Shown in pieces: positions 37,206 to 46,056 of a stretch of DNA of 64,000 nucleotides. How positions within the stretch are numbered: position 1 is the stretch's first letter; each line of letters begins with the position of its first letter. This DNA is from a virus. Its lineage: Duplodnaviria > Caudoviricetes. The notes under the pieces are model-generated. The model did no database searches, had not been told where the DNA came from, and was given only the letters and a program-made list of their open reading frames with translations. The stretch is taken from the IMG/VR virus record IMGVR_UViG_3300046517_000890, positions 2,004-66,003 of that record. One strand, given 5' to 3'. A program made the position numbers and the translations under genes.

Positions 37206-38489
37206 GTGGCTCAAACGCAAGTCCCCGTCGGGTCAACGCTCGCGAAGAAAGTCTTCGGAGCGGCGCTGTTCGCGAACACGCAACGCGCGCCGACCCTGAT
37301 GAAGAACCTCACCGGCCCGGCTCCGAAACAGCCGCAAGCCGAAGCCAAGATGAAGGGCCAAACCACGCCGGACATGCCGGTGGTGATGGTGACCGATCTG
37401 TCGAAGTCGGCAGGCGACGCTGTCTCGGTGGACCTCTTCAATATCTTCAACCAGAAGCCCCTCGTCGGCGACGTGAATGCCGAAGGCCGTGGAGAGAAGC
37501 TGTCGTTCGCTTCGTTCGACACGCGCATCGACATGTTCACGAAGGCCGGTGACGCGGGCGGGAAGATGGCGCAGCAACGCACCGTCTGGAATCTCCGCGG
37601 CCTCGTGCTGGCGAACCTCGCCGGCTACATGCCCCGTCTGGAAACGCAGCAACTGCTCGTGCATCTCGCGGGCTCGCGCGGTTCCCAGGCTGGCATGGAC
37701 TGGGTCGTGCCGCTTCAGACGGACCCGGACTTCGCCAACATCCTGGTGAACGCCGTCAAGGCGCCCACCTTCAACCGCCACTATGTGGCGAGCGGTACCT
37801 CGATCGTGAACGGCGGACAACAGCTCGGCTCGATCGCTTCGACGGACATCTTCAAGCTGGAGCATCTCGACGCTCTGCGCGCGTTCATCGACGACATGGA
37901 CCTGCCGATGCAGCCCGTGAAGATCGCGGACGACCCGGCGGCCCAGGACGAACCGCTGTACATCTACCTCGCGAGCCCGCGCCAGTACCAGTCGCTCCTC
38001 ACCAACACCAGCGGCAACGTGCTCCGCACGTTCCAGCAGAACGCCTGGGTCCGTGCTCAGTACGGTTCCAAGCACCCGCTGTTCAAGGGAGAGGTCGGCA
38101 TCTGGAACGGCATCCTCGTGAAGAAGATGGTGCGCTCCATCCGGTTCAACCCGGGTGACAGCACGCAGATCATCACCTCGGCCAATGCCGCGACCGCTAC
38201 CGAATCCGCGCAGACAGTCAACGCGGGTCTGGGTGCGGGCAAGGCGGTCGATCGGGGACTGCTGCTCGGCGCGCAAGCGCTGGTCAACGTCTACGGCAAG
38301 AACCAAGGCAGCGAGTACTACTACTCGTTCAACGAGCGGCTCTACAACTTCGAGCGTAACTACGAAGCTGCGGCCGACGCGATGAACGGGAAGAACAAGG
38401 TGCGCTTCAGCGTGCCGGACGGGCAGGGCAACACCTTCCCGACCGACAACGGCGTCCTGGTATTCGACACCGCGGTCTCGCTGACCTAA
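37206..38489 (+). CDS. Major capsid protein (N4-gp56/DUF4043 family)
   Basis: DLSKSAGDAVS, EGRGEKL, GKMAQQRT, HPLFKGEVGIWNGILV. Confidence 0.93.
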   Translation: MAQTQVPVGSTLAKKVFGAALFANTQRAPTLMKNLTGPAPKQPQAEAKMKGQTTPDMPVVMVTDLSKSAGDAVSVDLFNIFNQKPLVGDVNAEGRGEKLSFASFDTRIDMFTKAGDAGGKMAQQRTVWNLRGLVLANLAGYMPRLETQQLLVHLAGSRGSQAGMDWVVPLQTDPDFANILVNAVKAPTFNRHYVASGTSIVNGGQQLGSIASTDIFKLEHLDALRAFIDDMDLPMQPVKIADDPAAQDEPLYIYLASPRQYQSLLTNTSGNVLRTFQQNAWVRAQYGSKHPLFKGEVGIWNGILVKKMVRSIRFNPGDSTQIITSANAATATESAQTVNAGLGAGKAVDRGLLLGAQALVNVYGKNQGSEYYYSFNERLYNFERNYEAAADAMNGKNKVRFSVPDGQGNTFPTDNGVLVFDTAVSLT

Positions 38490-38513
38490 CCAACCGAAGA
38501 AAGCGAAACCAAC

Positions 38514-38951
38514 ATGGCCATCTATTCGGCTTCCGACATCGTCAGCAAACCCAAGGTTCTCGGGGAGTGGGGCGACGCAACCGTGGCAACGGGCAAGGTC
38601 GTTCCGACCGCATCCGTCGTCACGGGCGACACGCTCCGCCTGTGCATCATCCCCGCGGGTACCGAGGTCAACGCAGTCATCATCGCCAACGCCTCGATGG
38701 GCGGACCGGCGCCGGCCGACATCGGCTACGCGCCTGTCTCATCCAACGACGGCTCGCTGGCGGCGAACCAGACCTACTTCAAGGCGGCTCTCGCCTTGGG
38801 GACGGCCTCCGACGGCACCCTCGAAGCAAACTTCGACCCCATCAAGTTCGAGCAGGACGTGTACCTCACCGCCGTGTTCGGCACGGTGGTGGCGGGCACG
38901 ACCGGCACCGCCCGAGCCATCGCGCTCGGCACGGCGAAGGGCGCGAAGTAA
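38514..38951 (+). CDS. Capsid decoration/cement protein
   Basis: GDTLRLCIIPAG, directly after capsid gene. Confidence 0.7.
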   Translation: MAIYSASDIVSKPKVLGEWGDATVATGKVVPTASVVTGDTLRLCIIPAGTEVNAVIIANASMGGPAPADIGYAPVSSNDGSLAANQTYFKAALALGTASDGTLEANFDPIKFEQDVYLTAVFGTVVAGTTGTARAIALGTAKGAK

Positions 38952-38983
38952 CCCAACCGAGCCTGGACAACCCAGGCTCATCG

Positions 38984-39014
38984 CCGCCTCTGCCCAAAAG
39001 CGGAGGCGGTTTTT
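38984..39014 (+). terminator. Rho-independent terminator
   Basis: CCGCCTCTGC-ccaaaa-GCGGAGGCGG followed by TTTTT. Confidence 0.8.
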
Positions 39015-39106
39015 CTCAGCGCCGTGCGTCTTGCTGAAGGCAAATACCTGGACACCAGGTAAGCGGCACGGCTCTGAGAAAAACCTTTCATCACCAGGAG
39101 AACGGC

Positions 39107-39511
39107 ATGACCGCGATGATCCCAGTCAAATACGTCGGCAAGAAGGAAACCGGAGAGGTCGATCATCTCTACGGCACCAAGATCGTCTGGTCCTTCCCTG
39201 GCGAAGTGAAGGACGTGCCGGAGAACAAGGTGCCGCTGCTCCTGAATCACCCAGACGTGTGGCAGGACGCGCGCACGAAGGCGGAGAAGAAGGCGGAACC
39301 CATCGGGCCCAAGACTCCCACGAGCAGGCTCCTGCGCGACGACGACAACGAGATCGTCGCCGACGTGGCTGCGAAAGTCCACCTGATGGACAAGCCCGGA
39401 CTCGTGACCTACGCGCTCACGCAGTTCGGCGAGCGTCTCGACATCGACAACTCGATGACGCGCGAGCAGGTGCTCGGCGCCGTCGTGAACCTCATCAACA
39501 CGCGCGAGTAA
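39107..39511 (+). CDS. Virion-associated hypothetical protein
   Basis: AGGAG RBS; VKYVGKK..DHLYGT. Confidence 0.75.
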   Translation: MTAMIPVKYVGKKETGEVDHLYGTKIVWSFPGEVKDVPENKVPLLLNHPDVWQDARTKAEKKAEPIGPKTPTSRLLRDDDNEIVADVAAKVHLMDKPGLVTYALTQFGERLDIDNSMTREQVLGAVVNLINTRE

Positions 39512-39517
39512 CGCCAC

Positions 39518-39871
39518 GTGGCGAGCACGTTGCAGACGGCGGTCGATCTCGGCCGCTACCCGCTCAACGATGCGAAGGACTCAGGGGGCAGCGACGCCAT
39601 CTGCCGCTACAAGGATGTGGACCTGCTGCGCTTCCTGCTCCACGGCTTGCTCCAGGCCTTCCGCATGCGCGGCGACCTGTTCGTCGGGAGCTTCTCGAAT
39701 CCACCGTCACTCTCGTGGACCGCCACGCAACCGTGGCCTCTCGGTGACGAGTACATCCAGATTTTCGCGGACTACGTCACGGCGCGTGCTGAGACCGTGG
39801 ACGACGAGGCCATCGTGACCGAGCGCGCCGCGCAGTTCTATCAGCTCTTCGGTGCGGAGGTGCCGTCCTAA
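39518..39871 (+). CDS. Head-tail adaptor-like protein
   Basis: PLNDA...RY.D.DLL...RGDLF...DYVTARAE. Confidence 0.7.
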   Translation: MASTLQTAVDLGRYPLNDAKDSGGSDAICRYKDVDLLRFLLHGLLQAFRMRGDLFVGSFSNPPSLSWTATQPWPLGDEYIQIFADYVTARAETVDDEAIVTERAAQFYQLFGAEVPS

Positions 39872-40581
39872 TGGTCACCGCTCTCACCCTCTGGTACGAC
39901 GACGTACTCCCCGATCTCCCCGGGCTCTCGTCCAACGACGCCATCGTGACGAAGCTCATCCGCGAGGCGGCGATCACGTTCTGCGAGAAGTCGCAGGCGC
40001 ACATCATCGACCATCCCCCGCTCAACATCGTCGCGAACCAGCCGACCTACGCCTTCGCGCCAGGGACCGACCTCGTCGTCATCACGCCCAAGAAGGTGCT
40101 GGTGAACGGCCTGTCGATCCTGCCGGCGACCGACGATGACCTGGATGCGCTCTACGGAGACAACTGGCGAAATGGCGTGCTCGGGGCGAACACCGCGGCC
40201 TGGTACCGACAGCCCGACGACGCGAACATCCAGATCGTGCCCACGCCGCCCACCGACATCCCGGGCGGCCTCGTGATGCGCGTGGTCGTCAAGCCGACCG
40301 CCGTCTGCACGCAGGTGGACGACCGCCTCTACAACCAGACGCTCTACCGCAACGCGATCACCGCCTGCGTGAAGTGGCGTGCCAAGGCGATGTCCAAGAA
40401 GCCATACACCGACCTCGAAGCCGCAGGCTACTGGTCGAACGAGTTCAACCGCCTTTGCGGCGCCGCGGCGCTACGCGCAGCTCGCGGCTTCGGCGTGCGC
40501 CCCGCGCGCACTACTACCGTCGATTCAGTCGGCTCCGTGGCTCGGAACAGCACGCTGCCTCAACTTCCCTGGAATCCGTAA
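39871..40581 (+). CDS. Head-tail adaptor protein
   Basis: REAAITFCEKS, VPTP, KPYTD. Confidence 0.72.
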   Translation: MVTALTLWYDDVLPDLPGLSSNDAIVTKLIREAAITFCEKSQAHIIDHPPLNIVANQPTYAFAPGTDLVVITPKKVLVNGLSILPATDDDLDALYGDNWRNGVLGANTAAWYRQPDDANIQIVPTPPTDIPGGLVMRVVVKPTAVCTQVDDRLYNQTLYRNAITACVKWRAKAMSKKPYTDLEAAGYWSNEFNRLCGAAALRAARGFGVRPARTTTVDSVGSVARNSTLPQLPWNP

Positions 40582-40584
40582 CCT

Positions 40585-42378
40585 ATGGGCCGTAAGTACA
40601 CCGACAACGCGCTGACGACTCTCGCGTCGTCCATCACCGCCGGCTCGACGACGCTCAACGTCTCCACTGGAACGGGCAACAACTTCCCGGTCATCACTGG
40701 CCACGGTACGCCCGGCTCTACCCCGGACTACTTCGTCATCACCCTGGAGAATGCCTCCCTCCAACGCGAGAAGATTCGCGTGGAGAACCGCGCCGCCGCC
40801 AGCGACACGCTCGGGAGCGGAGGCTTTCCGCTCGTGCGCGGCTTCGATGGCACGACCGCGCAAGCGTGGAACACCGGGGACTCGGTGGACCTGCGCGTCG
40901 AGCACTCAGGGTTTCAGGACCAGGAAGACAAGCACGAGGGCGCGCTACGTCCATTCGGGGTCAAGGGCTCGACGACCACCGGCCTCACGTTCGGCTACTA
41001 CGGTGGCAACGTCGTCGCAGACGGCTCGCTCCAAAATATCGCAGACGGCACTGTGGCACTCACCGCGAGCCAGAACAACTTCGTCGAGCGCAACGCTGCC
41101 GGCACGGTGAGCGTGAACACCACCGCCTTCACCGCCGGCAACATCCCGCTCTATCTCGTGACGACGGATTCGAGCGGCATCACCGGCATCACCGACGAGA
41201 GGCAGGACACCTTCCCGTTCTACGGGCTGCAATCGATCTCCGCTGCTGGCGGCGGCACGATCACCCTGTCGGCCGCGCAGGCGCGCGCCGAGATCATCGA
41301 GTTCACCGGGGCGCTGCCTGGCGCGACCACGATCGTCTTCCCGAACGTCAAGCGCATCTGGATCGTCAACAACAAGACGACCGGCGCCTCCGCGCTCACT
41401 GCCAAGGTCACCGGGCAGACTGGCGTGGTGCTCGTCCCGAGCGGCCCTGCCGTCATCTACGGCAACGGCACGGACATCGTCTACGGCACGATCACCGCGT
41501 CGGCGTACATCCTCACGCTGCTATCTGCCGCTAACGCCGCGGCTGCGCGCGGCACTCTCGGAGCGGAGACGCAGAGCGCAGAACTCGACGCGATCGCTGC
41601 GCTCTCCACCACTGGCATTCTCGCGCGCACAGCGGCTGCCACCTACGTGCCGCGCACGCTCGCTTCCAGCAGCGCCAATCTTTCCATCACCAACCCTGAC
41701 GGAGTTGCTGGAGCCCCGTCGTTCGCTCTCGACGCAGACCTGGACGCCCTTGCGGCGCTCTCTGGAACCGGCATCGCCGTGCGCACGGCCGCCAACACGT
41801 GGGCTCAGCGCTCGATCGCAGGGACAGCGAACCAGGTCAGCGTAGCGAATGGAGACGGCGTCTCAGCCAACCCGACGATCTCCCTGCCAAGCGCCATCAC
41901 GCTTCCAGGTTCCCTGACGATGGGTGGTCTGCTCGATACGGGATCGACTGGACAGATTGCGTTCCCCGCAACGCAGAACGCCTCTGCCGGCGCGAACACA
42001 CTGGACGACTACGAGGAGGGAACGTGGACGCCGACGCTTGGCGGGACCGCGACGTACTCGACACAGGCCGGAATCTATACAAAAATCGGGAGGATGGTAT
42101 TCATCAGCGGTCAACTGAGCGTCACCTCGATTGGCACAGGGCAAACAGCTATTGTTCCGGGTTTGCCCTTCACGTCTTCGTCTGCTGTGGGCGAGACTCC
42201 GATTTCGGTTGCTGTCTTCACCTCGTCTACGCCGATCGTATCTGCTGCTGCTATGGTGGATAGCTCGTCAACGAATATCACCATTAGATCGCGAGGGTCG
42301 TCGTCCCAGTCAGATGGTTTTAACGCAATTTTCGCTAACGCGACCAGTAGTGCTTTTGCTGGTTGTTACCACGTATAA
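40585..42378 (+). CDS. Tail fiber protein
   Basis: NALTTLASSI N-terminal anchor, LDALAALS repeats, LDDYEEGTWTP...YTKIGRMV C-terminal domain. Confidence 0.85.
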   Translation: MGRKYTDNALTTLASSITAGSTTLNVSTGTGNNFPVITGHGTPGSTPDYFVITLENASLQREKIRVENRAAASDTLGSGGFPLVRGFDGTTAQAWNTGDSVDLRVEHSGFQDQEDKHEGALRPFGVKGSTTTGLTFGYYGGNVVADGSLQNIADGTVALTASQNNFVERNAAGTVSVNTTAFTAGNIPLYLVTTDSSGITGITDERQDTFPFYGLQSISAAGGGTITLSAAQARAEIIEFTGALPGATTIVFPNVKRIWIVNNKTTGASALTAKVTGQTGVVLVPSGPAVIYGNGTDIVYGTITASAYILTLLSAANAAAARGTLGAETQSAELDAIAALSTTGILARTAAATYVPRTLASSSANLSITNPDGVAGAPSFALDADLDALAALSGTGIAVRTAANTWAQRSIAGTANQVSVANGDGVSANPTISLPSAITLPGSLTMGGLLDTGSTGQIAFPATQNASAGANTLDDYEEGTWTPTLGGTATYSTQAGIYTKIGRMVFISGQLSVTSIGTGQTAIVPGLPFTSSSAVGETPISVAVFTSSTPIVSAAAMVDSSSTNITIRSRGSSSQSDGFNAIFANATSSAFAGCYHV

Positions 42379-42392
42379 AAAGGAGATAGTAA

Positions 42393-42920
42393 GTGGAGAA
42401 GAGAATCGAGATTTGCGTCGGAACGGATCGCAGCGGTGGCGTCCGTGCCAGGATTTCCCTTTTGACGATGTCTGGGGAATCCGTCCTGAACGAGTCGTAC
42501 CACAGCGTTACGCTCCTCCCCGGGGACGATCCTTCAAGTGTTCGCGCTGATGTCGAGAGGCATCTGTCGCAACCGGAGCAACTCTCCGGCATCCCTGGTT
42601 CTCCGTGGGGACCGATCCCCGACGAGGAGTGGGTGAAGGTCACTGGCGTGCTGCCGTTATTCCACACGTCTGAGAAGGTTGCGACCCGCCGCGCACTTCT
42701 CGCGCAGAAGGCTGCTGCCGAAGAGGCCGCGCGCAAGCAGCATGAGATCGCGCTTCAGGCGCAAGCCGAGGCCGAAGCGAAGGCCGCCGAAGAAGCCGCA
42801 GCCAAGTTCAAGGCGGCAGTCCTTGAGACCGCCACAGCCGTGCTCGCGCAGCATGCCGCTCAAGAGGCGGCGCGCAAGCAGGCCGAGGCCGAGGCTGCCG
42901 CAGCGACTCCTGCGCAATAG
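42393..42920 (+). CDS. Tail fiber-associated protein
   Basis: AAGGAG RBS; YHSVTLLPGDD; A/E-rich tail. Confidence 0.65.
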   Translation: MEKRIEICVGTDRSGGVRARISLLTMSGESVLNESYHSVTLLPGDDPSSVRADVERHLSQPEQLSGIPGSPWGPIPDEEWVKVTGVLPLFHTSEKVATRRALLAQKAAAEEAARKQHEIALQAQAEAEAKAAEEAAAKFKAAVLETATAVLAQHAAQEAARKQAEAEAAAATPAQ

Positions 42921-42945
42921 GCGGGACGCTCGCGCGCACTAGGTC

Positions 42946-44964
42946 ATGGTCGCGCTGCGGGTGGTGGGATTCTCCGGGGTCGTGCCGCGTCGCGGCGCCC
43001 GCTTGCTCTCTGACAACCAGGCGCAGGTCTCCGTCAACTGCCGCCTGACCTCCGGCTACTTCGGGCCGCTCAAGCAGCCGGCTAGAGTTGTCTCGCCAGG
43101 CGTGGCCGGAATCAAGTCGATCTTCCGCATGACGGATGGCGTGAACGACTTCTGGCTCTCCTGGAACGTGGACGTGGACGCTGCCAAGGGGCCGATCGCC
43201 GGGGACACGACCTTCCGCACCTACTACAGCGGAGACGGCGAGCCGCGGGTAACCAACCTATCGCTCGCGACTTCCGCTGGTCCGTTCCCCGGCGCGTTCT
43301 TCGTGCTCGGCGTGTATCCGCCCGCGGATGCACCGAGTGTCTCCTCATCCGGTGGGGTATCGAGCACCACAGTCTCGCGAGCGTTCGCGTACACATTCGT
43401 GACGCCATTCGGTGAGGAGTCGCAACCGTCACCGGCCTCTGCGGTCGTCACCGCGAAGATCGACGACACGTGGACTGTGGGCAGCATGGATGTCGCGCCG
43501 CTAAACTCGATGGCCGTGACGAACGCCTCGTGGTCTACCGGCGTCGCCACACTCACGGTGGCCTCTACGTTCGGGCTGCGCGTCGGTGAGCAGATCAACG
43601 TCACAGCCATGAACCCATCTGGGTTCAATGTCTCGAAGGCTGCGCTCACAGCAGTGACGGCTACGCAGGTGAGCTACGCACTGGCGTCCAACCCCGGGGC
43701 CTTCGTGGCCGGCGGAACGCTCGCGCGGGTGGCTCCGCACAACACGTCCGGCATGACGAAGAACATCTACTGGACGGAGACGCTCGCGAGCGGCACGGTC
43801 TTCCGTCTGGTCAAGAACGTGACCGTGGCTACCGTTAGCACGACTGTGCCAAACGGTAGCACGATCAGCACTGCCGACATGGTGTCGCAGGCCTGGGTGA
43901 TGCCGCCCACAGACATGAAGGGCATGATCCTGATGCCCAACGGGATCATGTGCGGCTTCCACCAGAACGAGCTGCTGTTCTCGCCGAACTTCATTCCGTA
44001 TGCGTTCCCGCTCACGTTCCGCCTGACGACCGACTACGACATCGTCGGCCTGGGAGTCTCGGGCTCCACGCTCGTAGTCGGCACCAAGGGCAAGCCCTAC
44101 GTCGTCACGGGCATCGATCCCTCGTCGATGACGATGGAGACGGTCGAAAAGCCCTGGCCGTGTCAGGCCAAGCACTCCTTCATCAGCTCGGAGGAGGGCG
44201 TAGCTTTCGCCACGCCGATGGGCCTCGCAGTCATCGGCAGTGGCGGCAGGGACATCGTCACGAGGGACTTGTACACGCTGGAGGAGTGGCAGCAGCTCAA
44301 CCTCTCCACGATCAACGCGGCCCAGTACGCTGGGCGCTACGTCTTCGCGCACGACATCGTGCTCGGGCAACAGCGCGAGGTCATCAGCATCGACAAGGGC
44401 GAGTTCGCCGCTGAGATCACGGCCAACTCCAACGCCCAGATTATGTACAGCGATCCGTCAACGGGTTTTCTGTACGTGGTCCTCAACGACACGATCTACC
44501 AGTGGGACGCGGACCCGGGAAACGTGATGACCGCGGACTGGATGTCGAAGGAGTTCGTGTTCCCCAAGCCCATCAACCTAGGCGCGGCGAAGGTGGACTC
44601 GGTATTCACAATGTCGCAGGCGCAGATCGCGGCGGCCCAGGCGGCAGCGGCGGCGGCAGCGGCGGCGGCGCAAGCGCTCATCACCGCGCTCAAGACCAAA
44701 GGGTCATCCAACGGCACATCCCTGAACGGGCTTGCCGTCAACGGAAGCTCGCTCTCTCTGCCGCCACCGCTTACCTGGAACTCACTCACGTTCCAGCTCT
44801 ACGCTGACGGTGTTCAGGTCTTCTCGAAGACGCTCACCGACAACAAGGCCTTCCACCTGCCCGCCGGGTACAAGAAGGACAACGTCGCCTTCAGGCTGAA
44901 CGGCAACATCACCGTGAAGGCGATCGTTGCTGCCGAGAGCATGAAGGAGCTGGAGAAGGCGTGA
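42946..44964 (+). CDS. Tail nozzle/stabilization protein
   Basis: FSGVVPR...LL....AQ..VNC, YTFVTPFGEESQPSP, MPNGIMCGF, SKEF. Confidence 0.82.
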   Translation: MVALRVVGFSGVVPRRGARLLSDNQAQVSVNCRLTSGYFGPLKQPARVVSPGVAGIKSIFRMTDGVNDFWLSWNVDVDAAKGPIAGDTTFRTYYSGDGEPRVTNLSLATSAGPFPGAFFVLGVYPPADAPSVSSSGGVSSTTVSRAFAYTFVTPFGEESQPSPASAVVTAKIDDTWTVGSMDVAPLNSMAVTNASWSTGVATLTVASTFGLRVGEQINVTAMNPSGFNVSKAALTAVTATQVSYALASNPGAFVAGGTLARVAPHNTSGMTKNIYWTETLASGTVFRLVKNVTVATVSTTVPNGSTISTADMVSQAWVMPPTDMKGMILMPNGIMCGFHQNELLFSPNFIPYAFPLTFRLTTDYDIVGLGVSGSTLVVGTKGKPYVVTGIDPSSMTMETVEKPWPCQAKHSFISSEEGVAFATPMGLAVIGSGGRDIVTRDLYTLEEWQQLNLSTINAAQYAGRYVFAHDIVLGQQREVISIDKGEFAAEITANSNAQIMYSDPSTGFLYVVLNDTIYQWDADPGNVMTADWMSKEFVFPKPINLGAAKVDSVFTMSQAQIAAAQAAAAAAAAAAQALITALKTKGSSNGTSLNGLAVNGSSLSLPPPLTWNSLTFQLYADGVQVFSKTLTDNKAFHLPAGYKKDNVAFRLNGNITVKAIVAAESMKELEKA

Positions 44965-45602
44965 AGAAGGAGCAGGTGCCGGCGGGCAACCTGCCTACTC
45001 CAGAATGGGTGAGGGCGGTTCGGGACAACGTCGAGATCATCACCGGCAAGCGCGACAACAAGCTCAAGGTTCCGACGCTGCAAGTGCTGACATTCTCATC
45101 TACGCCGACCCAGGCGCAGATGCAATCGCTCAATGCCTACTTCAACGCCTGGGCCACGCAGGTAGAGGCGTTGGTAGAGCGCCTAGACGACGTGGACGAA
45201 TCTCCGCAGGCAACCTCCAGCGTGGTGAGCGCAAGCATCGGGGTCTCCGGCGCGCTCAATAGCTTCTCGCTGAACAGTCTCTCGCTCAACGGCGGCAGGC
45301 GCGCGATCGTCAATTCAGTCCTCTCCTTGGCCGTGTCCAAGGTGCAGTCGAAGAATCCAGGGGGCAGCGTGAAGAAGAAGCAGGTGCCAGCAGTGGACAC
45401 CGCGACGCCGGAGTTCGTGGGCGCCGTCAGAGACAACATCGAGATCATCACCGGGCGCAGGCGCAACAAGCTGAGCGTCCCAGGCATTCAGACGCTGCCG
45501 TTCTCGGCAACGCCGTTGCAGAGCGAATGCCAAGCGTTCAATAGCTACGTCAATGCGTGGGGGAATCTAATGAGCGCCATTGCGGCGAGGTTGGATGGCT
45601 AA
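44961..45602 (+). CDS. Tail protein with tandem duplicated ~77-aa domain
   Basis: KKEQVPA..AVRDNVEIITG / KKKQVPA..AVRDNIEIITG. Confidence 0.75.
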   Translation: MKKEQVPAGNLPTPEWVRAVRDNVEIITGKRDNKLKVPTLQVLTFSSTPTQAQMQSLNAYFNAWATQVEALVERLDDVDESPQATSSVVSASIGVSGALNSFSLNSLSLNGGRRAIVNSVLSLAVSKVQSKNPGGSVKKKQVPAVDTATPEFVGAVRDNIEIITGRRRNKLSVPGIQTLPFSATPLQSECQAFNSYVNAWGNLMSAIAARLDG

Positions 45603-46056
45603 GCTGATCCTCGATAACCAGCTCGAAGTGCTGGCGACCATCTACGACGCGATGTTGCTGGAGCCCACCGAGTTCGCTCTGGCGCGCACGCACAGAGTGA
45701 CATTCGCCTCATTCGTACAGCGCTATCTGGGGCCTGACATCGTCGGGCTGGAGATGGACGGCAAGATCGCTGGCGGCATGATCTTCGAGAACGGTCACGT
45801 TCACCTGGCCATGCTGCCGTGGGCGCGAGGGCGCTGGACGCGCTACCTGCGCGAGATGCTGGAGATCGGATTCGAGAAGTACGGCCCGAAGCTCTCGGCC
45901 TTCGTGAACTCGAACAACGTCAGGGCGCAGAGATTCGTAGAGAGCGTTGGCTGCCGCAAGAAGCTCTCGAAGGCCAAGGAGTACCTGGTGTACGCAGTGG
46001 AGAAGGAAGGAATGAGGTATGGGATCGGTAGTCGGACAAATCTTCGGCGGGACTAG
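45595..46056 (+). CDS. GNAT-fold protein
   Basis: HLAMLPWARGRW, N.RAQRFVESVG; typical position before ejection genes. Confidence 0.7.
   Translation: MAKLILDNQLEVLATIYDAMLLEPTEFALARTHRVTFASFVQRYLGPDIVGLEMDGKIAGGMIFENGHVHLAMLPWARGRWTRYLREMLEIGFEKYGPKLSAFVNSNNVRAQRFVESVGCRKKLSKAKEYLVYAVEKEGMRYGIGSRTNLRRD

Noticed and set aside
40585-42378. Diversity-generating retroelement or invertible tail cassette
   Set aside because: No reverse transcriptase, template repeat or invertase seen
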